Source: Takakia lepidozioides (Eukaryota > Plantae > Bryophyta). Taken from it: a stretch of 64,000 nt of DNA. This document shows positions 35,601 to 48,074 of this stretch, in pieces; the stretch's first letter is position 1, and every line of letters starts with the position of its first letter. Location of the stretch: contig CM060733.1 of assembly GCA_030704615.1 (NCBI GenBank), positions 50,468,001-50,532,000 of the forward strand, written 5' to 3'. The translations under genes were made by a program, and so were the position numbers. The notes beneath the pieces are model-generated. The model was not told the DNA's origin, searched no databases, and worked only from the letters and a program-made list of their open reading frames with translations.

Positions 35601-37521
35601 CTAAAGATAGTTATTTTCTAGCATTTGATCCGCTGGTTTGGATCATCAGTAAATTTAACCAAAGATCTCGGGGAGTTGGTGGAGGGGTTTGGAGAGAATT
35701 GCTTGCGCCCACTATCCTTCGGAGGATCTGTGAGAGAGAATGAAATGAAATATACATATTCCCAATTTTTGTCCCTCAGTATGATACACATTCCACTCAT
35801 GATATCAATCTATAAACACCTATATGTAATTTACAGCTTCCATGCCCTCTTGATGCCCCAAGCATCTAAAATCTGGACCCTTCCCCACGTATTTACGACA
35901 AGCTAGCAACCATACAGCTACATACAATTGGGTTCAATCCACCGTCCTACCGGAAGGCAGTAGCCATTCGGGGGTGAACAGCCACCATAATTTACGCTTC
36001 CTTTGGGAGGCGTCATACATATATAATATGTCTTGGTTTGGATGAAATGGGTATTATTGTTGTTTGTGACTCAACCCATTTTATGCGGAGAACACTAATA
36101 AGGCCCCAGGTTTGAAGGGGGGTGTGAGGATTAGATAGTGGTCCAGGAATTAAAAAGCGGGAGTTATAGTAAGCCACACCAAGAGTGGAATTAATAACTG
36201 CTAAGCCCCCCAATAATAATAATAATGTAAGAATGTAATGCACACAGCCAATTTATACTTGGTGATTGGGTCACTCGATGGGTGCATAAGATTATGCATA
36301 TCTTTGTAGAACCCACATGGTAAACAATACCTCTATTGTGAAAGATGCACAGTGAATAATTGATATAAGAATCCCATTGGTCATTTGTACTAGGGTAGCA
36401 TGTCTAGTGCATCTAAAGTCCAAAAGTGCAATCCCGTATGTATCCAAGTGCGTCTCCTATGTGGAGGCCCATGTGTGAAGAATTGAACAAACCAATTTAT
36501 TTATTTGCATGAATTTATTGAGTAATAATATATCCAATCATTATTCCAGGAAAGCCCACTTTGCTATTTTTCACGAATTTCCAACAAGACCAAAAGTACT
36601 TGAAATTCCATATCTCCCATACCGCAGGTCCAAAAATCATGAGACCAAGCCCATGATCCCTCCTCATGGAAGGCTTTCGAACGACACCAAGCACCAGGGC
36701 TGGGCCCGCGGTTTGGGACATCTCAACGTTACAAAACAAAACAAAACAAAACAAACAAACAAACAAACAAAGTACCTTGCTTCATATATTGATTGCATTT
36801 TAACTGTTGGTTTATTTTCTCTCAACTCTTACCGTTCTAGGAGGCCGGATTTTCCAGAACCAAAGTGTGTTTCTTTTTTAAGATATTCAAAATGAAACAC
36901 CCGCCCAAGCAACTGTTGCTGAAGCAAGCATAAATGATGGTGTCAACTTCCGGTGGGAAGGTGAACACCTTTATGACATCCAATATGTGGTTTGAGCCCA
37001 CAAGCTTTGGTGAAGCAGCTTGCGCCCTGACCACATTAAGGCTGGGCTAAATGTTGGTTGTCTAGGCGTAAATATACTGAGAGGAGAATAATAGGAGAAT
37101 AATTACCACCGTTGTCAAGTTTGGCCGACTAATGATACATTTATAGAAAACTTTATAGGGCCCACCCTCGAAAAGGGGCAGTAGCCTTAAGGCGAAGTGG
37201 CTCTTAGTTACTCAGGCCTCGGTCGGAGTCTTCTCTCTCTAGAAAACTTGACGACATGAATAAATCAAACAAGTGGTCCAGTTATAAACTAGGCATCCAA
37301 ATAACCGGCCAAATTAGTATCTGCAAATATATGTGGGTTGTTTATGAAGACTGCCGATAGTTAAGGTAGAAGGTTTTTTGCTAGTCACCAGATTCAGAGG
37401 TTGTCTCTAGCCATAAAATATTGTAAGCACTCCCATTCCATCACATTTCATATTTTTATGAAGAACAAATCTTTGAAGTGCAAACTGATGCCCTTCCTTG
37501 TCCTTGCCTCTCTTTCATGCC

Positions 37522-37528
37522 TATAAAA
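37522..37528 (+). promoter_or_regulatory. Candidate TATA box of dioxygenase copy 1
   Basis: ccTATAAAAcc about 355 bp before the ATG; the homologous site in copy 2 is TATTAAA (47688-47694). Confidence 0.5.
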
Positions 37529-37880
37529 CCGACTCTGCGTGAGTGGACTGGAGTGAAATGGTCTTCCCTCAGTCTGAGCAGATACCATCCTTTAAGCTTC
37601 TGACCTTGACTTATGTGTGTCTATCTGTCAATTCCAAGACCTTGGTGGGTTTGTTTTCATTCTATTGCAAGATGAATTAGGCTATTCTCCCACCTTTCTA
37701 TCTCTCTACCTGTGTTTGCGGATTGCTCAACGTGATCTTCTGCGTCTTTGCATATTCTCTTTAGTTTCTGTGTGTCCTCTCTCCCACAAGTGTTCGTATA
37801 CCTCAAAGCTCGAGTGGCAACAATACACAAGCAGATGACCCAGGTTGGCAAAGCCAGCTAGAGTGGAACTCAGCTCATTA

Positions 37881-40800
37881 ATGGCACTGCAACGCTTGCA
37901 ATCTTCCTCTCTGGGGGGCTCATCTCTTGTTGGGCAGCAAGAATGCGTCTCCTGCAACTCACGCCCACGACCATGCACCTTCGTAGTGGCTTCCATGAAA
38001 CCGGATGCCCCGCGGGCAGTCAACACGGAGACAATTGCAGAGCCGGACCTACAACTTGGGCACGCAATATTGGACCCGATCCATGTGACTACTCCTCATA
38101 TAACCAATGGAAAACTAGCTCACTGGTCGAACGCCTCCGTGTCACAAAACGCTGGGAGACTTCACTTTCATAAGCAGGTACAAGCACCTGCATCCTTCCG
38201 AAGACCAATCAAAGAATTACAAGAGTACATGTAGATGGTTAACATGCTTGACTGAGCTAAATGAATCAAATGGAATCAAAGCATGTTGCATATTGTCTTC
38301 AGTCCTTTAAAAGGTCTAATTAATCTAGGAATTTCTGAGGACCTTGAATGTGGAAGTAGAGACTCGTCAATGAACGCATGAGCTAGTGCCATCTCTTGAA
38401 ATTAGGACGTGACGCCAATGCAAGGGTGAACCTTTGATTTTAGACGACATTTTTCTCCATATTGCTTCTCGGTCCTTGACCTTGCTACTAAGGCAAGTGA
38501 AATGAAGATGAGAGCTCAACGTGCAGACTTGAGGGCATGGCTGCAATTTCCTTCCTAATTCAGACTAAAGTTTGGCTCCAAGACTTCTTCGTCCAATGCT
38601 AAGACTTCTTGGAATGCTTGTTTACAGGTGGTAGAGAAGGCCCAGCCCCTACTAGATGGGTTTGAGAAGGTCCGAACAACCTTTCAGATTTCGACTGACA
38701 GCCTAGCTCTGGCAGTATGCAATTCTTTTGATGGACTCATCAATACTTTATTGAAACCCCCAACACGGCCTATGAGAGCAGACCCTCATATTCAAATGGC
38801 TGGAAATTTTGCACCTGTCGACGAATGTCCCCCTCGTAGCGATATTGAAGTTGTGGGGACACTCCCTCCTTCCCTGAATGGGGTCTACATAAGAAATGGG
38901 CCAAATCCCCAGTATAAGCCCGCAGCTGGTTATCACAATTTTGATGGGGATGGCATGTTGCATGCCGTGAAGATCAAGGATGGGAATGCAAGCTACTGTT
39001 GCCGCTATACGAGAACCAACAGGTAGGGGCCATGTCATACATTAATGTCATACGTAATCTTCAGCTGATGCATCTTCTTGAAACCTGAAAGTTGAAGATT
39101 TCTTTCTAGAATCAGTTGAAATTGAACATTTGAGTTTTATAGGTTTATACAAGAGTCGAAGTTCGGCCAGCCTCTCTTCACAAACGCACTGGGGGAGCTT
39201 GAGGGACTAGAAGGACTTGCCCGCTTGGCACTTTACCAGCTTCGAAATACGCTCGGTGTAATCGATGGTGCAAAGGGAGTAGGAGCAGCTAATGCGGGAC
39301 TGACATTCTTCAAGGGGAAGTTGTTGGCCATGTCAGAGGACGATATGCCATACGTTGTGCATGTGAAAGAGGACGGTGACATGGAGACAATTGGAAGGTA
39401 CCCAACTTTTGTTAATAATGTATGCTTCCTCCAACACACTGTTCAAAATTTGTATACACTACTATATATAGCTAGATGACATTCCCGGATCATGGGGTTT
39501 TAACTGTAACTCCTGGCCCATGTATCTTATTAATTTGTTGAGTGTCTGCAAGATTTCCTAAAGGGTCATGTAGTAAGATCTATCCTTGGGAGATCTATCC
39601 AACAACTAAGATAAAGATATATATAGAGAGGAGGATTTCAAAGTATAACAGTTAGAAATGTATCACTTAGATCCATATATTTTTGTTAAGAATAAAACAG
39701 AGGCATGTTACTCAATTTAATAGCACACATACAACACACTTACCCTTTGTAAGATCTTCCTAGGGAGTATAAAAATCCTAACTAATATCTAGTGATATAA
39801 CACTTATCTCTGTAACAGTTATCAACGTTAGACTGTACACATAAGATTTAGTACATGCATGCACGCTGTTCTATAGTACAGTTGCGGAGCTGGAGGGTTG
39901 CACCTGACATGTATATTGATCTACAGTGCCTTGTCATCTTTTCTGAAGCATCGCTTTTGGAGTCTACAGTGGAGATGTTTCTCGTCCCCACAAAAAGAAA
40001 TATTCTTGTAATAGGTCCCGTTCTGGTAAAAAACAATATAGTGAAATTGTCTCTCCCTGCATTCTTTCACCAAATCCTAGTACTAATAAAGAAGCTCATT
40101 TCTTGAAAAATTCAATAAAGGATAATACCATCAAAACAAAGAATTATGGATTTTTTTATCTTAGCTTTTCAGTACTCCAAAAAGGCCCTGCTTGTAGTGC
40201 GCGGTGAATATGGGAGTTCACTGATTGTATACTTTGATTTTTGCTGCATCATCAGGTATAACTTTGGAGGGAAGCTAAAGTATTCAATGACGGCGCACCC
40301 AAAAGTTGATTCCAAAACTGGAGAGATGTTCTCCTACAGCTACAACCTTTTGAAGCAACCACTCCTCAGCTACTTTCGAGCGTCCCCACAGGGACAGAAG
40401 GGGGTTGACGTCCCCATCACCATATCAGAGCCTACGCTCATTCACGATTTCGTCGTCACCAAGAATTACGTTATATTTCCTATATTTCAGATGGTTTTCC
40501 GCTTGCAGGTGTGGTGGCACTAGTACAATTTTTCAAGTATATGTCTTGAAGGCTTTTAGGATTGTACTTGTGCATTTATATTGTGATATATCCACTTAGG
40601 TAGATATGGTCTCGCTGCTTGGGACTGCACGGACACTTACTTTGCTAAGTTCAACTTACTACATGAATCAGAAGTTTGTTTTGAGAGACCAGGGCCCGAC
40701 CAGGGAACACAACCAAATGATCAGATATGTAGGGGCACACTTGAAGGTATTTTATATTTGTCTACACTTTTTCTCTTGAGTAGTTGCTTGCTTCAGGCGC

Positions 40801-41574
40801 TAAGATCTGGTTGTACACTGTATAACTGTGATGCAGGAGATGTTCAAAGGGAGGTCACCTATCTTCTGTGACGAGGAAAAGGTGTCCAAGTTCGGAGTGA
40901 TGCCCAAATTTGACACAACAGAAGCTCGGAGTCATTGGTTTGATTTCCCACATGCCTCATGTTTCCACTACATAAATGGATGGGAAGAGGGGGATGAGAT
41001 CGTGTTAGTCGGATCAGCCTTGTCGCCCATTACGAGTACCTTCAATGAGCCTCACACCATCGACTGCCGGTTGACACTATTCCGTCTCAATCTAAAATCT
41101 GGAGAAACCTCCAAGCAGCAGGTTTCATCTGCCAACCTTGATGTTGGGCAGTGCAACCCACTCTACATGGGTAAAAAGTCGAGATATATGTATATGTCAA
41201 TGTATGGGCCATGGCCAAAATACTCAGGGATAGCTAAAGTGGACGTGGAAGCATCGCCAACAGCTCCTGAGGGGGCTGATCGAGAGGAGACTGTGGTAGC
41301 CCGACGAAGTTACCCACAAGGCTGCTATGGGAGCGAGCCCTGGTTTGTGCCCCGCAGCAACGACCCAGACATCGCTGAAGATGATGGCTACATCTTCACA
41401 TATTATCAAGACGAAATCTCCGAAATCTCTCAGCTCTTGATTCTGGACGCGCAGTCTCCTACCCTTGAACCGGTTGCCTCTCTCAAGCTTCCCTCTAGAG
41501 TGCCATATGGTTTCCACGGGATTTTCCTCACTGATGAGCAGCTTGCCCAGCAGAAACCAACTCTTGAAGTCTAA
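37881..41574 (+). CDS. NCED: Carotenoid cleavage dioxygenase, NCED/CCD4 clade (NCED-like), copy 1; 5 exons (37881-38177, 38628-39022, 39143-39397, 40256-40508, 40837-41574), ~645 aa
   Basis: Ser-rich plastid transit peptide; AGNFAPV, RNGPNP, FDGDGM, AMSEDD, PWPK; four iron-ligand His in MTAHPK, LIHDF, CFHY and YGFHG. Confidence 0.9.
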
Positions 41575-42224
41575 TCTCGAAGATCTTTAACTTGGGTACC
41601 TGGGATTCCCTTCAGCGTGTACGGTGGCGTAACTAAGAGCCACTTCGTCTTGCGGCACCTAGGATAAACGGGTCACTGTGGTTGGATTGGATTCAAGTTG
41701 TCTTTTGTTGGTGATAATGGCTGTAACAGAACGGATAGTTGAGGTGTCAATAATTCCTCAATAATTCACACTCGTTGTGTTGTGTTTGTAGGCCCCACCA
41801 AGCACATCAACTCTAAAAGGCCCCATTTAGGGTTTGTTGTCATGTAAGAGGGTGGTTGGCTAGGGTAGACAACCTAATAGCTAGTGCATCATTAACTGAA
41901 ACCCAATACATAGCTCAAATGAAATTTAGACCACTTGCACGTAATGCACACAAATTCAACTAATCATTGACGGGTGCACTAAGTGGATAGTAGCCCATTA
42001 GCTTGGGTTAAGAATACTATTTTAGTGGCAATCTCTAAGAAGATGTTGCATCTTCGGATCCCATTGGTCACTGTCTATAGCATCTAGGGTAGTAGCGATC
42101 ATTCTTTGTTGACTAAGAATTGGCAGCTTTACATACAAGAGATAACCAAATTAAGTACATAACACAATTCGATCGGATTGGTGCGACCCATGCATTTGCA
42201 ATTAAACCTCTTCACTGGGCAAAA

Positions 42225-42521
42225 TCAAAGCACGTCTCCCACGAAGCAATTTGTACAACAAATAAGGACCATTGATTTTCTGCTTAGATTTACATGCATG
42301 CTGCCCATGCTGAAGACGTAGGCACACACAGTCTGTCCTTCATGGAAGTGATCTGAGTACTTAACCCGCTTGTTAAAATTCCGAGCCTGTACTGCTTGAG
42401 CAAGAACAATGTTAGCCTTAGCCTCATTAACCGAGACCATGTGCCTAGCATGCACCCTCTCTACAAAATCAGTCAAGTCAGCAAACTCAGAAACAGTGGA
42501 AATCAGTGGAGTAGGATGCAA
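42225..42521 (-). mobile_element. Retrotransposon integrase C-terminal remnant
   Basis: AKANIVLAQAVQARNFNKRVK...FHEGQTV resembles the helix preceding the GPY/F module. Confidence 0.5.
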
Positions 42522-45500
42522 AGGAGAGACACAAACCCTATTTTAACTAATTCTGGACTTTTGGCTTAAATCCGGACCAAACTTAATATATATTTGAATT
42601 AACATTAATTCAAATATTAATAATATCATGGTGTAATGTGTGATTGAACTTTGTGAAATTACAAGTGATGTCATACTTGCTTCAAAATGTGACATATAAG
42701 ATGTCCATTTGATATTGAAGTGCTTGTGAAGTTGCAGTACTGAACAATTCATTGAACGTCCATTGGGAAGTCAAATGATGTAATATTACATTACGTAATC
42801 ACGATAAACAAATGTGTCGAATCGAACACGAGGTAGACTCATACTCTACCATACTCGATATAACTTGATAGTAATTTTGATTGAATCTTCATGTTGACAA
42901 GCACAATATTCAGAGACAATGCCATTGGAATGATGTTTTGGGTGTGAGAAGGGTAGTAAAATATTAAAATAGCTTGAAACATTAGGAAGATGACCTACTA
43001 GGGTAGTAAAGGTTTTTGATATATGGTAAGAGTAATGGTTTAGGGTGCTAAGGGTCACGCTCTTAGGATAAGGATTAAGGGAAGGGTAAAGGGAAGGGTA
43101 AGGGTTTAGGGTTTGGATTTAGGGTAGAAAGGGACAAACAAATATGAAAGACTCACACATGGTAGTACAATAACTTGGTTTGGAGTGTAAGTAGGGTAAA
43201 CATCAACATGACTACTGGTATGGCCCACAAATGGAAGAGGTCTGCGATGTCCATGAAGCCAAAACGCTCAGGAGTTTATATGACTAGGGTACTTGCAGGG
43301 AGCAGCAGGGCGTGCGATTCCAGTCGACCGTTCGAACATCTAGGGGCCGATTAAAACGACTGTAGGCAACGGTCTGCTGTCTGTCCTCACCTCAATATCC
43401 GATCGCTATTCAAGCAGAGGCAAGTTAGGAGAGCTTGACCTCAATGACAAACTACCCACTGGGTTATTCTTTCAACGACACGGTTGACAACAATCTCGCA
43501 ATTCCAGGTAGAAATTTCCACGTTGCTCCAATGCAGTTCATGAAGACGTTGGAGGCGTGGAGCACACATGCTCATGACACTATTTCCTTTTCATGCTCGG
43601 ATAAGTCAGTGACAGGGATCAAGCATGGGTTCCCCTGTGTTTTCGTTCATTCATGCAAAATAGACATTGCGGCAAGTAGTACACTACCTGCAGTGATCTC
43701 TTTTTCCCAGGAGGACAATTTCACCTTTTGGTATGATTTCTATTCCAGGATCTTCCAAAGAGTCTTGGTCTCCTAAAGAGGTTTTATCTAGCGGTAGCGG
43801 CCGACTGGGATTTTGCTGTGTTAGGTACCTTCAGCGAACAAGACGAGACCGGAATCGAGCGCTGTTTGTGGAGGGCTTTTTATGGTGTGGTTAAAAGGGA
43901 GACAAGATGATGTGGAAGGAGTTTCAGCCCCTGGCGACGATCTGTTCCCAACCAAAAAATTATGCTACGCGTTGAAACATAGTTTTCACGTGCAATTGGC
44001 GCTTGTTTATTTTTGATGGTTGATGGTTGGATCACATGAACTTGAGGATTGGTGGGTGCTTCAAGCATACCACAAGGGAGTTTGTGGCCAAGTTTCAAGA
44101 ATTTTGGAGGAAGTTAGCAATAATTCACTATTTTTGAGGGTTTCGGGCGACCGTGACCAAGAAAAATTCATTTTGAGGAAATTTTTGTCCACAAGAATCA
44201 GCACTGCCCCCAACAAGCTGGTTGTATGATTTGTGCCACCTACCAACCAAGAAGTGGTTGATTGCCTATTCCATCCAAGGATTTTTGGATGTCATCTATT
44301 TTTTTTTTATAGTATTTCTAATATAAGTAGGTTAGGATTTGAGCTTGCTCAAGACTTCACTTGTGTTTTTTTGCTTGTTAGTTGCTTGAAGCTAGCTTGA
44401 GAAGCTTGCTTTATGTTTTGGCAACTAGCTTTTGTTGTGAAGTTCCTAGATTGCTTGTTGGCTTAGAGCTTAGCCTAGATGTTTTAGGCAAGCTTGGAGG
44501 CATCTAGTTTGTACTAGGGAGACTAGGGAGATCCTAGGACCTAGTGTGTAAGGGCCAAGAGCCATTTTTATGTGAAAAATGAGATCATCTTCCCCAAAAA
44601 ACAAAGACGTTTTGTCATTTGAGAGTGTGGTGAGCCCTTGAGGAGTGAAGAGGAGGTAGGAGCAACAAACCCCATAAGAGATGTGAGCATTGCTTCATCA
44701 ACACATCCATGTTATAACATTTTAATATGTGATTTATGAACAATTGTTTGGGCAGGTGTTTCCTTTTAAATCTTTTAAAAAAGAAACACACTTTGGCTCT
44801 GGAAAATCCGGCCTCCTAGAACGGTAAGAGTTGAGAAAATAAACCAATAGTTAAAGTGCAAGCAATATATGAAGCAAGGTAGTTTGTTTGTTTGTTTTGT
44901 TTTGTAGTGTTGAGATGTCCCAAACCGCGGGCCCACCCTTAGTGCTTGGTACCGTTTGGAAGCCCTAGATGAGGAGGGGTGCACCGACTTGGTCTCATCG
45001 ATCGAGATATGGAATTTCAAGTACTTTTGGTCCCTAGAAATTCGTGAAAAATAGCTAAGTGGGCTTTCTTGGGACAATGATTGGAGCCTTGACAGGAATA
45101 ATGATTTAATATATTACTACTCAATAAACTCCTGAAATGTTTTTTGGTTTTTTTAATATATGACTGTATTTACATATGTATTAATATAAATTTCTAACTC
45201 TTTCACCAAATTCCAATCCCTGAATCACATTACATTGTTGCTCATTTTGTTCATGTTTACAATATTCTTTAAACATTAGTTCATTCATGTACCACACATT
45301 CTTTGCAACTAAACAAGGCGTGAGATACACGAAGGCCCTGCCATTGTTTTACTCATGATATGAAGTTTTATGGAATGATGTTATGGCTAATAAGGCGTGA
45401 CATACACTTTTGATGCCCTGTTGTTGACTAATTTGGTATTTAACAGCATTGCATATACCCTGCACATATCAGTATTTCACCTCAACACACCACTGGTCTC

Positions 45501-46034
45501 TATTTTCAAAAGTAAAAACAAATCATTAAAATAAAATATTAAAATATTTGTAATATTTATTATAGCATGTTACATATATATCTTCATATTATATTATGTC
45601 CTCATTCATAACTTATCACTTGCCTTTTTGGCAAGAGGGAAAAAAAAAATGGCATTGTGCGTTTGAGTAGAACACATAAAGAGCATGAGGAACCTCACAT
45701 CACTTGGGATATAAACACATATTATCATTTGATCTATGAATAGATGAAGATAAATAGACAATCAGCCATGAATAGAATACACTAAAAACATAAGGAGCAT
45801 GTGCCCTCACTCGATGTATAAGGTACTTCATGCATATGCATGCATACTCATGTAGTCACTGCTCAAGGCCCAACAAAAAAATGAAAAAATGATTGTAACA
45901 TGTGCCCAATGGGGAGCTAAAAACTTTCATGTTCCCATTAAGTCTCATGGGAACAACCCATGATATAAGGCTTGATGCGTTGTCCCTACCTTGGCAAGGC
46001 CAACAAACATCCAACTTCATTTCAGTATATCGAT

Positions 46035-46209
46035 GAAAACCAAGTTGTAGCCTAGTGGTAATGGGCACATACCACCTCGGAAGTGGTTGTGGGTTCAATC
46101 CACCATTTGGTGTCACAAAGCTGTCCACCTTCCTAACGAAGGCAGTAACCCTTCGGATGAAGAGACACCATAATTTAAGCTTCCTTCGGGAGGCGTCAAA
46201 TATTATTAT
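46035..46209 (+). mobile_element. tRNA-derived SINE (175 bp)
   Basis: A box TAGCCTAGTGG (46048), B box GGTTCAATCC (46092), short TAT tail, 11-bp TSD agtatatcgat (46024-46034, 46210-46220). Truncated copies at ~46560-46690 (-) and ~35925-36030 (+). Confidence 0.85.
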
Positions 46210-48074
46210 AGTATATCGATTTCAATTCTTCACACATGGGCCTTGACAATTGGAGACACACTTAGATACGTAGGGGATTGCACTTTTGGACTTAGATGAC
46301 ATTGGACACTCGGGCCAACGGCACAAGCTACCCTAGTACAAATGGCCAATGGGATTCTTATATCAATTATTCACTGTGCTAGAGGTATTATTTGCCATGT
46401 GGGTTCTGCAAAGTGCATAATCTTATGCACCCAATCACCAATGCACTATAAATTGCCTGTGTGCATGACGTTCTTACACTCTTACCAGTGTTCTCCGCAT
46501 AAAATGGGTTGAGTCACAAACAACAATAATACCTTTTTCATCAAAACCAAAATAAATAGTAATAATAATAATAATATATATATGATGCCTCCCAAAGGAA
46601 GCGTAAATTATGATGTCCGTTCATCCGACTGCCTTCCAGTTGGAAGGTGGACACCTTTGTGACACCAATCGGTGGATTGAACCCAATTGTATGTAGGAGT
46701 ATGGTTGCTTGTTAGTCAATACGTGGGGAAGGGTCCAGATTTTAGATGCTTGGGGCATCAGGAGGGCATGGAAGCTGTAAATTATATTATTGGTGGAATG
46801 TGTATCATACTGAGTGGAAAAAATTGGGAATATGTACATTTAACTCCATTCTCTCTCACAGATCCTCCGAATGATGGCACAATTCTCTCCAAACCCCTCC
46901 ACCAACTCCCAGAGATCTTTGGTTAAATTTACTGATGATCCAAACCCGCGGATAAAATGCTAGAAAATAACTATCTTTAGCATTAATCCTCGGTAACACA
47001 TAAAGTTCTTGGAGAATACTAGAAATGAGACAAGAACTTAATGTGCAACCTCTGAGAGGACGGTACGGGCGGTTTCCGGCATGTCAAATCTTCCCCACCC
47101 TCTCTTGAGAGTGATATGGAACTGAAGGAGTGTAAACTCTAGTCCGGGTTATGCTTGGTTACTCAGTGGGGGGGTTACACTGGGTTACACGAGGGAGGTG
47201 TGTAACTCCACTCGGGGTTACATAGAATGGAGTGTAACTTCTCTCAGTGGTCGAGTATAAAATGGGCTAAGAAGAGATACACACGAGACATTAGGGTTAC
47301 ATGGGTTATACCTGTTGGGCCTCCACTCCAATCATCTTACCCACTACAACAAGACACCTTTTTGGATTCTTAAGTATGTAATAGTGAAACTGAGGTAAGG
47401 CGGGGAGGATTTGACAGGGCCCACGCCGGAGGACCGGAATCCGGCCAAAGTACCTTAAGATGGCACGAGTGCATTGAGTCGTACCTTATTTCTAGTGTCT
47501 TTAATCAACTTGTCTGATGCTATGAAGAATCCTGCAGCTTGCCTGAAAAGATGGAAGGAAAGTACGTGAATCTTATCTACGTCGGGTTGTGCAGTAAGAA
47601 ACACACTCCCATTTCAAGTTGACCAGCACATTGGATCTTTGAACTACGAACTGATGTCCTTCCTTGGCCTTGTCTCTCTTTCATGCCTATTAAACCGCCT
47701 CTGCATGTCGACAGGAGTGAAATGGTCTTCCCTCTCAGTTGTAATTAGTCTGAGCAGCTACCATCATTTAAGCTTCTGCCCTTGACTCATGCGTGTCCAT
47801 AGATCTGTCAGTTCCAAGACGCTTGATGGGGTTGTTTTCGTTCTATTGCATGTTGAATTAGGCTATTCTCCCACCTTTCTATCTCTCTGACTGTGTTTGC
47901 GGGTTGCTCAATGTGAGCTCAATATGATCTTCAGTGTCTTTGCAGATTCTGAGCCTGAGTTTCTGTGTGTTTTCTCTCACACAAGTGTTCCTATACCTCA
48001 AAGCTCGAGCGGCAACAATAACAAGCAGAGGACCCTTGGCAGAGCCAGCTAGAGTGGAATTCAGCTCATTAAAT

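Noticed and set aside
43060-43130. Interstitial telomere repeat
   Set aside because: Only two or three degenerate TTTAGGG-like units in a G-rich low-complexity patch.
43435-43776. 113-aa ORF as a gene
   Set aside because: Non-ATG start, no motif or splice support, and it lies in a copy-2-specific insertion.
46035-46110. Functional tRNA gene
   Set aside because: A and B boxes are present but there is no convincing cloverleaf; the TSD, tail and extra copies indicate a SINE.
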